Source: a bacterium
GTDB taxonomy: Bacteria > SAR324 > JACQKK01
DNA: 64,000 bases
Reading direction: 5' to 3'
Assembly (NCBI GenBank): GCA_965240465.1
Contig: OZ251219.1
Location: 1,280,001-1,344,000, forward strand
In this document: positions 31,881-40,908 of the stretch, one piece after another
Numbering within the stretch: the first letter of the stretch is position 1
Layout: every line of letters starts with the position of its first letter
Made by a program: the position numbers and the translations under genes
The notes under the pieces: model-generated
Database searches by the model: none
Seen by the model: the letters and a program-made list of their open reading frames with translations, nothing else
Told to the model about the DNA's origin: nothing

Positions 31881-33383
31881 ATGGCAGGAGAAAACAAAAC
31901 AGAAGGCAGTATTAACACAGCAAATACTTTGGGAAAAACACTTCTTGATGTTTTGTATACAGCGGTAGATCCCAAACGCTTTGCTGTGTTGGTTTTTACC
32001 GTAGTGGCGGCGTTGGTTGGTATTGGTATTTATGTAAGAATGAATTGGTTAGAGATTATATACCTAAACGGCTCATTATTGGGTCTTGGATCAGTGGCTT
32101 TTGTTTTTTTGTGGCGGGCAACAAATAAAGATAAAGATGAAGAACTTGAAAAGGTACTTCAACAGAATATAGAAAATTTAGTAGCTGATAAAATACAGCA
32201 ACGATCTAGTAAAATAGAGCGTAGCGATAGCGATGATTTTAAGGGAGATAAGCCACAACAAGCAGATACTCTTCTGAAATTAGGGGGTACTGAATTTTTA
32301 TCTGGTAATTTAACAAAAGCCAAGCCATACCTTGAAGAAGCCTTGGGCTTGTATCAGAAAGTCAGCGATCGTTTGGGTAAGGCAAATGCCTTGCTTATCC
32401 TTGGTGACTTGGCGGTAAGGGTAGGAGATCCAAAAGCCAAGGAACACCTTGAAAAAGCCCTAGGCTTATTTCAGCAATTAGAAACCCCCTTGGGTGAGGC
32501 AAACGCTTTACTTCGCCTTGGTGAATTGGCGGAAATAGAAGGATACAATCAAAAAGCCAAGCAACACATTAAAGAAGCCTTGGGCTTATTTCAGCAAGTC
32601 AGAGATCGTTTGGGTGAGGCAAATTCCATGCAAAGCCTTGGTAAATTGGCGATAAAGGTAGGGGAATATCCAGATGCCAAGGAATACCTTGAAAAAGCCT
32701 TGAACTTATTTCAGCAAGTCAGAGATCGTTTGGGTGAGGCAAATTCCATGCAAAGTCTTGGTGACTTGGCGAAAAGGATAGAGGAATATCCGAAGGCCAA
32801 GGAATACCTTGAAGAAGCCTTGGGCTTATTTCAGCAATTAAAACACTCCTTGGGTGAGGCAAATTCCATGCAAAGCCTTGGTGATTTGGCGATGAGGGAA
32901 GGAGACAATCAAAAAGCCAAGCAATACTTTGAAGAAGCCCTAGTTTTATGTCGGCAAATCAAATATCGCTTGGGTGAGGCAAACGCCTTGTTTAACCTTG
33001 GTGATTTGGCGATGAGGAAAGAGGAATATTCAGATGCCAAGCAATACCTTGAAGAATCCCTAGTTTTATGTCGGCAAATCAAATATCGCTTGGGTGAAGC
33101 AAATTCCACGCAAAGCCTTGGTGGTTTGGCGATTGTTGAAGAAGATTATAAAAATGCCAAGCAATACCTTGAAAAAGCCTTGGCCTTGTATCAGCAATTA
33201 AAAACCCCCTTGGGTGAGGCAAGAACCTTGTCCGTCCTTGGTGTGTTAGCGATGAGGGAAGGAGACAAATTAATAGACAAGCTAACAGCCAAGAAATACC
33301 TTGAAGAAGCCCTAAAATTATTCAAAGAAATTGGCATTTCATCTGGGGTAAAGCAAGTAGAGGACGTGCTTAAAGATTTATAA
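31881..33383 (+). CDS. Membrane-anchored TPR protein A1 (2 TM + 40-aa repeats)
   Basis: AGGAG RBS; two hydrophobic helices; repeats LGEANS/AL..LG.LA...G.Y..AK.YLEEAL.L. Confidence 0.88.
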   Translation: MAGENKTEGSINTANTLGKTLLDVLYTAVDPKRFAVLVFTVVAALVGIGIYVRMNWLEIIYLNGSLLGLGSVAFVFLWRATNKDKDEELEKVLQQNIENLVADKIQQRSSKIERSDSDDFKGDKPQQADTLLKLGGTEFLSGNLTKAKPYLEEALGLYQKVSDRLGKANALLILGDLAVRVGDPKAKEHLEKALGLFQQLETPLGEANALLRLGELAEIEGYNQKAKQHIKEALGLFQQVRDRLGEANSMQSLGKLAIKVGEYPDAKEYLEKALNLFQQVRDRLGEANSMQSLGDLAKRIEEYPKAKEYLEEALGLFQQLKHSLGEANSMQSLGDLAMREGDNQKAKQYFEEALVLCRQIKYRLGEANALFNLGDLAMRKEEYSDAKQYLEESLVLCRQIKYRLGEANSTQSLGGLAIVEEDYKNAKQYLEKALALYQQLKTPLGEARTLSVLGVLAMREGDKLIDKLTAKKYLEEALKLFKEIGISSGVKQVEDVLKDL

Positions 33384-33410
33384 CCCCCCCCTTGAGATTT
33401 GGTAATAGCG

Positions 33411-33971
33411 ATGAATAAAAAAGAAAAGCAAGAAATTGAGGTTCAGGCAAGCACCTTGTTTGAACATGGTAAGTTGGCGATGAAGGAAGGAGAATATCCA
33501 AAAGCTAAGCAATGCCTTGAAGAAGCCCTAGCCTTGTTTAAGCAAATTAATGGTATTAAGGGTCAGGCAGATATCTTGGGTGGCCTTAGTGACTTGGCGA
33601 GGAAGGAGGGGGAATGTCCAATAGCTGAACAACACCTTGAAAAAGCCTTGGGCTTGTATCAGCAAGTCAGAGATCGCTTGGGTGAGGCACACACCTTGAT
33701 TAACCTTGGTATCTTGGCAACGGAATCAGGAGAATATCAAAAAGCCAAGCAATACCTTGAAAAAGCCCTAGACTTATATAAGCAATTAAAAGAGCCCTTC
33801 TACGAGGCAAGCTCCTTACTTTTCCTTGGTGACTTGGCGAAGAATGAAGGATACAAATTAATAGACAAGAAAACAGCCGAGAAATACCTTGAAGAAGCCC
33901 TAAAATTATTCAAAGAAATAGGCATCTCAGATATGGTAAAGCACATAGAGCAATTGATTGAAGATTTATAA
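33411..33971 (+). CDS. Short TPR protein B1
   Basis: Same 40-aa repeat family; no TM. Confidence 0.85.
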   Translation: MNKKEKQEIEVQASTLFEHGKLAMKEGEYPKAKQCLEEALALFKQINGIKGQADILGGLSDLARKEGECPIAEQHLEKALGLYQQVRDRLGEAHTLINLGILATESGEYQKAKQYLEKALDLYKQLKEPFYEASSLLFLGDLAKNEGYKLIDKKTAEKYLEEALKLFKEIGISDMVKHIEQLIEDL

Positions 33972-34010
33972 CCCCCCATCCCCCACCTTTTGCCTAGCGT
34001 AGCTATCCCT
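33960..34010 (+). repeat. ~50-bp direct repeat, copy left of the MTase
   Basis: gaagatttataac-C-rich-ttttgcctagcgtagc(t/c)atccct; copies at 35558-35606 and ~38643-38689. Confidence 0.9.
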
Positions 34011-35528
34011 ATGAATACCGACAACCAATTACTATATGGCGATTGCCTGGATATTATGAATAAGATGTGTCCCAATTCTGTTGATTTGGTGTATCTTGAT
34101 CCTCCTTTTAACAGCAGCAGGTCTTACAATCTGTTATACAAAAACGCAACAGGAATGCCTATACCAGAACAAATTGAGGCTTTTTGTGATGCGTGGGATA
34201 TGGACGAAGAAAAAGACCGTTTCATAAGAAAAATGCCTTTAATAGTAAGTGAATATGGTATAGATACTAACACAGCAATTTTTTGGCAAACATGGATGAA
34301 AGCATTAAGGGATGTGCAACCCAAATTGCTAGCATATCTTGTTTATATGATGCAAAGATTACTGCAAATAAGAGCGGTATTAAGCCCAACAGGTAGTGTT
34401 TATTTACATTGTGACCCGACAGCCAGCCACTACATCAAGGTGATAATGGACGGTATATTTGGGCATCATAATTTCAGAAATGAGATAATATGGTGCTATG
34501 ACAGATGGGACGCTCTTTCTAGGGATTTTCAAAGAATGCATGATGTTGTATTAAGGTATTCAAAAAGTAAGGAATTCTATTTTAACAAATTAACAGAAAT
34601 AGATAGTCGTAGAGAAAAAACTTTGGAAAGAGGATACACTACCAATCTGTTAAAAAATGGAACAAGACAACTTATCGTTTATAAAGGAAACGAGAATCGT
34701 CCAAATATAAAAAAACTAATGGAAAAAGAGAAGTTTGATAAAATCATCATTAAAGATGTAGAAGGAAGACCGTTAAAAGATTACTGGATAATAAATATCA
34801 TTCATCCAAAAGCAAAAGAAAGATTGGGTTATCCAACACAAAAACCACTCCCTTTATTGGAACGTATCATCAGATCGTCCAGCAAAGAAGGTGATACCGT
34901 ATTTGATCCATTTTGCGGTTGTGGTACAAGCCTGTATGCATCCCATCTTCTTAAAAGGCGGTGGATAGGTTGTGATATTGCTTTACATGCTCACAACTTA
35001 ATAAAAGGCGTCTTACAAAAGAGATATGGATTGAATGAAGGTACTGATTATGTTGTTAGCGGTGTTCCAAAAACACCAGAACAAGCAGACGAATTGTTTG
35101 CCAATAGTCCCTTGCACTTTCAAAATTGGGTGGTAGAAAGCCTGTGTCATGGGTTTAGAGATACTAAGTACTCAGGGGATAGAGGTATTGACGGAAGGTT
35201 GTATTTTGAGGTTGGCGATGATTTAAAAAACATGGTTGTCTCTGTGAAAGGTGGTAAAAATGTTGGTCCTGTAGCTGTAAGGGAATTACAAGGAACCGTT
35301 AATACCACCACAAACTCCGAGATAGGTGCTCTGGTGGTAAGATTTCCGCCAACAAAACAAATGCTAAGCGATGCTTTATCTTCTGGTGTGTGGGAACACA
35401 AAGGAAAGGAATACCAACGAACACAAATACGTACTGTTCAGGAACTGATGGGTGGAAAACACTTTGATACACCACATTTTGTAGAAATTTTGCATAAAAA
35501 TAAACAAGGCGAAATGGCTGTTATTTGA
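34011..35528 (+). CDS. N6/N4 DNA methyltransferase fused to C-terminal Mrr-like PD-(D/E)XK domain
   Basis: VYLDPPFNS, YPTQKP, DPFCGCGTS; C-terminal DRGIDG...VSVKGG...VRELQG. Confidence 0.87.
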   Translation: MNTDNQLLYGDCLDIMNKMCPNSVDLVYLDPPFNSSRSYNLLYKNATGMPIPEQIEAFCDAWDMDEEKDRFIRKMPLIVSEYGIDTNTAIFWQTWMKALRDVQPKLLAYLVYMMQRLLQIRAVLSPTGSVYLHCDPTASHYIKVIMDGIFGHHNFRNEIIWCYDRWDALSRDFQRMHDVVLRYSKSKEFYFNKLTEIDSRREKTLERGYTTNLLKNGTRQLIVYKGNENRPNIKKLMEKEKFDKIIIKDVEGRPLKDYWIINIIHPKAKERLGYPTQKPLPLLERIIRSSSKEGDTVFDPFCGCGTSLYASHLLKRRWIGCDIALHAHNLIKGVLQKRYGLNEGTDYVVSGVPKTPEQADELFANSPLHFQNWVVESLCHGFRDTKYSGDRGIDGRLYFEVGDDLKNMVVSVKGGKNVGPVAVRELQGTVNTTTNSEIGALVVRFPPTKQMLSDALSSGVWEHKGKEYQRTQIRTVQELMGGKHFDTPHFVEILHKNKQGEMAVI

Positions 35529-35557
35529 TGTTTCTAAGCCCTAAAAGTGAACATTCC

Positions 35558-35606
35558 GAAGATTTATAACCTCCCATCCCCCCTTTTGCCTAGCGTAGCC
35601 ATCCCT
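35558..35606 (+). repeat. ~50-bp direct repeat, copy right of the MTase
   Basis: gaagatttataacctcccatccccccttttgcctagcgtagccatccct. Confidence 0.9.
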
Positions 35607-35954
35607 TACTCTGAGCGAGTGAGCTTATCAGCTTCGTTCTGCAGCTCTTCCAGCTCCTCCTGCCAGCCAGATGCAAGAATCGGAAACCGACACCAAGTAC
35701 GAGGGTCAAGATTGTAGTCATCCACATGAAGAGACGGTGCTAAGCGTTCGCGTTTCCATTGTGAACCCCCCCAAAGCCGAAAGAATTTTGCTATCTGTTC
35801 TGCGAGCAGTCGCGGACTAACCGATAATCTGGGCCGAACCCGTAAGTACTGCCATATCTGCAAGGGAGACATGCGATTACCTATCGCTGCTTGTAAGATG
35901 TCATCCAGTAGCGAGTACGGCATGAGGTCGTTTTCGTCTTTTTGTGCTTGCGTC
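35606..35954 (-). pseudogene. nadE: Duplicated 3' fragment of nadE
   Basis: Near-identical to 38689-39037. Confidence 0.93.
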
Positions 35955-36134
35955 CCTAAAATCCCGACCGCCTGGACCGAACAACTCTGTCCAAACGGAA
36001 GACTGCTCGCACCAGTCGGAAACACACACTCTCAACAACTTTGGCTCTTGAAAAAAATGCCCGATGGAAGCATCAAACACAAAATACTCACCGAAGTTAA
36101 ATTCGTACCGCTGATTTCCCCAACTGAACTATAA
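35946..36134 (+). pseudogene. pcm: Duplicated 3' fragment of pcm
   Basis: Near-identical to 31589-31777. Confidence 0.93.
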
Positions 36135-36163
36135 AAAGCGGGGGCGGGGGGCTGGCGAGCATC

Positions 36164-36192
36164 TTGACAAAGGATAGGGCTAGGCATACTTT
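36164..36192 (+). promoter_or_regulatory. Sigma70-like promoter for TPR cassette copy 2
   Basis: TTGACA-N17-TACTTT, duplicate of 31816-31844. Confidence 0.55.
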
Positions 36193-36228
36193 GTTTGTTA
36201 GGTGACTGTATTACCTCAGGAGAACAGC

Positions 36229-38049
36229 ATGGCAGAAGATAGAAGAAAGCAAGACAGCGGGGTAGAGGACAGCAACAATGTGGTAGATGCTACATATAGA
36301 AAACTTCGTGATGTTTTGTTTGGGGCAGCAGAAAAACCCAGAATCTTTGCTGTGGTAGTTTTTATCGCAGTGGCGGCGTTAGCTGCTTTTGGTGTTTCTG
36401 GAAATTGGGAGTTGGATGAGGTTCTATTGGTAGGTGTCGCATTATTGGGTGTTGGTTTGGTGATGTGTATTTTGTTGTGGTTGTTAAAAGATAAAGATAC
36501 TAGAAAGGATCTTAGGCAGAAGCTAGCAAAATTGTTAGAAACTCAAAAGGGAATAGATAAGGAAATACAAGAATTATTGAACCGAGGGATAAGCCATTAT
36601 GAAAGCCCCGAACTTAAGCTTGCCAAAAGTAGCCTTGAATTAATTCTTTTTCTGTTTGAAGAATTGGAAAATAAACCACAACAAATAGCAGATACTCTTT
36701 TGCAACTAGGGAGTCTTGAATTTTTATCTGGTAATTTCACAACAGCCAAGAAATACCTTGAAAAAGCCCTAGGCTTATTTAATAAAATCGGAGATCGTTC
36801 AAGTAAGGCAAACGCCTTGATTAACCTTGGTGACTTGGCGGTAAGGGTAGGAGATCCAAAAGCCAAGCAACGCCTTGAAAAAGCCTTGGTATTGTATCAG
36901 CAATTAAAAACCCCCTTGGGTGAGGCAAACGCCCTGCGTAGCCTTGGTAAATTGGCGATGAATGTAGGGGAGTATCCAGATGCCAAGCAATACCTTAAAG
37001 AAGCATTAGGCTTATATCAGCAATTAGAAAGCCCCTTGGGTAAGGCACATGCCTTGTCTAACCTTGGTGACTTGGCGATGAGAGAAGGAGAATATCCAGA
37101 TGCCAAGCAACACCTTACAAAAGCCTTGGGCTTGTATCAGCAAATCAGCGATCGTTTGGGTGAAGCAAACGCCTTGACTTACCTTGGTGACTTGGCGATG
37201 AGGAAAGGGGAATATCCAGACGCCAAGCAATACCTTGAAAAAGCCTTGGGCTTGTATCAGCAAGTCAGAGATCGTTTGGGTGAGGCAAACGTCTTGACTT
37301 GCCTCGGTGACTTGGCGATAAAGGTAGGGGAATATCCAGACGCCAAGCAATACCTTGAAGAATCCCTAGTTTCATGTCGGAAAATCAAATATCGCTTGGG
37401 TGAAGCAAATTCCACGAAAAGCCTTGGTGACTTGGCGATGCTTGGAGGAGACAATCAAAAAGCTAAGGATTACTCTGAAAAAGCCCTATTTTTACATCAG
37501 CAATTAAAAGACCCCTTGGGTGAGGCAAACGCCTTGCTTAGCCTTGGTAACTTGGCAAAACTAGAAGGAGAATATCCAAATGCCAAGCAATACCTTGAAA
37601 AAGCCCTAATCTTATATAAGCAATTAAAAGACCCCTTGGGTCAGGCAAACGCCTTGTTTAGCCTTGGTGAATTGGCGATGCTGGTAGGAGAATATCCAAA
37701 AGCCAAGGAATACCTTGAAAAAGCCCTAATCTTATATAAGCAATTAGAAGACTTCTCGAGTGAAGCAAACGCTCTGACTTGCCTTGGTGAATTGATGACG
37801 AATGTAGGAGAATATCCAAAAGCCAAGCAATACCTTGAAGAAGCCCTGGTTTTAAGTCGGAAAATCAAATATCGCTTGGGTGAGGCAAACGCCTTACTTC
37901 GCCTTGGTGAATTGGCGAAGAAGGAAGAATACGAATTAATAGGCAAGCCAACAGCCGAGCGATACCTTAAAGAAGCCCTAGCTATATACAAAGAAATGGG
38001 CATGTCAGATATGGTAAAGCACGCAGAGGACTTGCTTAAAGATTTATAA
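36229..38049 (+). CDS. Membrane-anchored TPR protein A2
   Basis: Paralog of A1 with a different N-terminus and more 40-aa repeats. Confidence 0.88.
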   Translation: MAEDRRKQDSGVEDSNNVVDATYRKLRDVLFGAAEKPRIFAVVVFIAVAALAAFGVSGNWELDEVLLVGVALLGVGLVMCILLWLLKDKDTRKDLRQKLAKLLETQKGIDKEIQELLNRGISHYESPELKLAKSSLELILFLFEELENKPQQIADTLLQLGSLEFLSGNFTTAKKYLEKALGLFNKIGDRSSKANALINLGDLAVRVGDPKAKQRLEKALVLYQQLKTPLGEANALRSLGKLAMNVGEYPDAKQYLKEALGLYQQLESPLGKAHALSNLGDLAMREGEYPDAKQHLTKALGLYQQISDRLGEANALTYLGDLAMRKGEYPDAKQYLEKALGLYQQVRDRLGEANVLTCLGDLAIKVGEYPDAKQYLEESLVSCRKIKYRLGEANSTKSLGDLAMLGGDNQKAKDYSEKALFLHQQLKDPLGEANALLSLGNLAKLEGEYPNAKQYLEKALILYKQLKDPLGQANALFSLGELAMLVGEYPKAKEYLEKALILYKQLEDFSSEANALTCLGELMTNVGEYPKAKQYLEEALVLSRKIKYRLGEANALLRLGELAKKEEYELIGKPTAERYLKEALAIYKEMGMSDMVKHAEDLLKDL

Positions 38050-38077
38050 ACCCCCCCTTTGAGACTTGGTAATAGCG

Positions 38078-38650
38078 ATGAATAAAAAAGAAAAGCAAGA
38101 AATTGAGGTTCAGGCAAGCACCTTGTTTGAACATGGTAAGTTGGCGATGAAGGAAGGAGAATATCCAAAAGCTAAGCAATGCCTTGAAGAAGCCCTAGCC
38201 TTGTTTAAGCAAATTAAGGATATTCATGGTGAGGCAACCACCTTGATTAGTCTTGGTTACTGTGAGTTGAGGGAAGGAAGCATAACAAAATCCAGGCAAT
38301 ACTCTGAAGAAGCCCTGGGCTTATTTAGGCAATTAGAAGACTATTCTAATGAAGCATACGCCGTGACTTTCCTTGGTGAATTGGCGATGAGGAAAGAATA
38401 CAAATTAATAGACAAGCTAACAGCCAAGCAATACCTTGAAGACTCCCTAGTTTTAAGTCGGCAAATCAAATATCGCTTGGGTGAGGCAGACGCCTTATTT
38501 TTACTTGGTGTCTTGGCGAAGAAGGAAGGATACAAATTAATAGACAAGCAAACAGCCGAGAAATACCTTAAAGAAGCCCGAGAATTATTCAAAGAAATAG
38601 GCATGTCAGATAGGGTAAAGCTCGTAGAGGACTTGCTTAGAAATTTATAA
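38078..38650 (+). CDS. Short TPR protein B2
   Basis: First ~46 codons identical to B1, then divergent repeats. Confidence 0.85.
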   Translation: MNKKEKQEIEVQASTLFEHGKLAMKEGEYPKAKQCLEEALALFKQIKDIHGEATTLISLGYCELREGSITKSRQYSEEALGLFRQLEDYSNEAYAVTFLGELAMRKEYKLIDKLTAKQYLEDSLVLSRQIKYRLGEADALFLLGVLAKKEGYKLIDKQTAEKYLKEARELFKEIGMSDRVKLVEDLLRNL

Positions 38651-38688
38651 CCCCCCATCCCCCCCCTTTTGCCTAGCGTAGCCACCCC

Positions 38689-40815
38689 CTACTCTGAGCG
38701 AGTGAGCTTATCAGCTTCGTTCTGCAGCTCTTCCAGTTCCTCCTGCCAGCCAGATGCAAGAATCGGAAACCGACACCAAGTACGAGGGTCAAGATTGTAG
38801 TCATCCACATGAAGAGACGGTGCTAAGCGTTCGCGTTTCCATTGTGAACCCCCCCAAAGCCGAAAGAATTTTGCTATCTGTTCTGCGAGCAGTCGCGGAC
38901 TAACCGATAATCTGGGCCGAACCCGTAAGTACTGCCATATCTGCAAGGGAGACATGCGATTACCTATCGCTGCTTGTAAGATGTCATCCAGTAGCGAGTA
39001 CGGCATGAGGTCGTTTTCGTCTTTTTGTGCTTGCGTCAAGGGACGGAGTTCAGCGGTGGGTGCTTGATTATTGAGGGCTGCTAAAGTTCTGCCCTGTGCC
39101 GAGGGCTTGCTGGGTTTGAAGGGAGGAGAAGTTTCCATCCATTTTAGCCATTGTCGTAGGAAGGTTTTGCTGGCACCTGCGATAGGAGCAAAACCGCAGC
39201 TGGTATCGCCATCGGTGGTGGTGTATCCGACTGCGAGTTCGCTGCGGTTGGAGGTTCCGAGCAGTAGGAAGTTCTTTATATTGGCGATCATCCAGATGCT
39301 CGGGGAGCGTACTCGGGCTTGGATGTTTTGTCGGGCGAGGTCGTCATTTTTCCAGCTGAGTTGGTACTGAAGGGCTTCTTCCACCATGGATTCATATGCA
39401 GCTACCATCGGTTGAGTGTTTAGTTCCAGATGGCAGGCCCCGATATCATCAGCGAGTTCACGTGCTATTTGGCGTGTATTTTCAGAAGAGTTAGCACTGG
39501 CTTGATAGACGGTGAGCAAAAGTTTTCTGGTTAGGGTTCGGATGTCGTTTTCAGATATCGGGGTGCTGGCGGAGGTCGGGAGTGCATGATCCAGTCCTTT
39601 TACATGAGGGAGGGTTTTTTTAATACCTGTTGGTCCTAGTTCTTGGAGTGCGAACCTAATCATTGCAGAGCATAGCATCGCCACCGAGGAGGAATCAGCT
39701 CCGCCGCTGAGGGAGATTAAACAGCCTTGGGTGCGGCTTTTGCGTAGATAATCCCAGATACCCAACGAGACGGCTTGCAGGAATTCTTCTTCTGGCGATA
39801 AATTCACCGCTTGCTTAGCTGCAACGAGTACATTATGGGCTTCATCTAGTTTTGCATGGTGCATATCGGATGGAGGGGCGGGCGGAGAGGGAGCAGGCAG
39901 ATGAGCTGGCGGGGCAACAGATACCATCAGTTTGTGTTTTTGGTTGTAGCGGGGGAGGGGTTTTGCTAGTTGGCGGAGTTTAACATCAACGCATGAGAGG
40001 TGTATAGGATGATAAGAAAAACGAGGGAGTTCAGCCAGCATAGTTCCTTGTGATGCGATCATAACTGAGCCATCGTAGAGGATGTTGCCTGCTTCATTAC
40101 CCAATAGATTGCAGTAGATGTAGATTGCTTGGGCTTGGCGAGACCCCTCCAGCACGAGGTTACGCATGGTTTCATATTTACCGAGTGCAAAGTGACTAGC
40201 ACTAGGATTAATAAGTACATCTAGTTTAGTTCCTCCATCCAGTTGCCGATTTTTACCGGTCCAGGCTTCTTCGCAGATTTCGAATCCTAATCGCAGGTCG
40301 CCTATTTGATAGCTTAGATCGCCAATGGGAATGTTTTTCAGCGGAGTTTCAAGCGAAGTTTCAAGCGGAGTTTCAAGGTTCTCACGCAGCCCCCTACGCC
40401 AAGCCGAGAACCACCTTGGCTCATAATGAACTCCATAACCAGCTAGGGTTCGTTTGGCATTCAAGCCTACCAAGTGTCCGTCCACCAACAGAGCCACCGC
40501 GTTGTACCGACTACCCTCATAGCTTATCGGCAGTCCCACTGTGACTATCAATTGCTGGCTGTGAGGAATTATTTCAAGTAGGCTCTCCCAAGCCGACTGA
40601 ATCACTGCTTGACCGTAAAAGGCATCCTCGCAGCCGTAGCCAGAAATACACAACTCTGGCAAACAGAGCAAATGCACGCCCCTCCTACGAGAGGCAGCCA
40701 TCGCAGACAGGATAGTCCGACGATTGCCCTTCCAGTCCAGGGGCGTCTGATTGAGGGCAGCCCCAGCTACCTTCAATTCGCGTGCTGTTGAGGAGCTCAA
40801 GAACGGATTCATCAC
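38689..40815 (-). CDS. nadE: Glutamine-dependent NAD+ synthetase
   Basis: PELCISGYGCED, YEPRWF, EICEE nitrilase domain; SLSGGADSS, QNIQAR.R, PTAEL, QWKRER. Confidence 0.95.
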   Translation of the reverse strand: MMNPFLSSSTARELKVAGAALNQTPLDWKGNRRTILSAMAASRRRGVHLLCLPELCISGYGCEDAFYGQAVIQSAWESLLEIIPHSQQLIVTVGLPISYEGSRYNAVALLVDGHLVGLNAKRTLAGYGVHYEPRWFSAWRRGLRENLETPLETSLETPLKNIPIGDLSYQIGDLRLGFEICEEAWTGKNRQLDGGTKLDVLINPSASHFALGKYETMRNLVLEGSRQAQAIYIYCNLLGNEAGNILYDGSVMIASQGTMLAELPRFSYHPIHLSCVDVKLRQLAKPLPRYNQKHKLMVSVAPPAHLPAPSPPAPPSDMHHAKLDEAHNVLVAAKQAVNLSPEEEFLQAVSLGIWDYLRKSRTQGCLISLSGGADSSSVAMLCSAMIRFALQELGPTGIKKTLPHVKGLDHALPTSASTPISENDIRTLTRKLLLTVYQASANSSENTRQIARELADDIGACHLELNTQPMVAAYESMVEEALQYQLSWKNDDLARQNIQARVRSPSIWMIANIKNFLLLGTSNRSELAVGYTTTDGDTSCGFAPIAGASKTFLRQWLKWMETSPPFKPSKPSAQGRTLAALNNQAPTAELRPLTQAQKDENDLMPYSLLDDILQAAIGNRMSPLQIWQYLRVRPRLSVSPRLLAEQIAKFFRLWGGSQWKRERLAPSLHVDDYNLDPRTWCRFPILASGWQEELEELQNEADKLTRSE

Positions 40816-40908
40816 TGGCGATCGCCCCCTCCCCCCCCCTTGTGCTTATTAGTGCTTATTAGGTGCTTATATCGGGTGGTTATTAGGGGTTATGCGAGAA
40901 TGAGCAGA

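Noticed and set aside
35606-36134. 139-aa and 87-aa ORFs as novel genes
   Set aside because: Chimeric read-through across the nadE'/'pcm duplication junction
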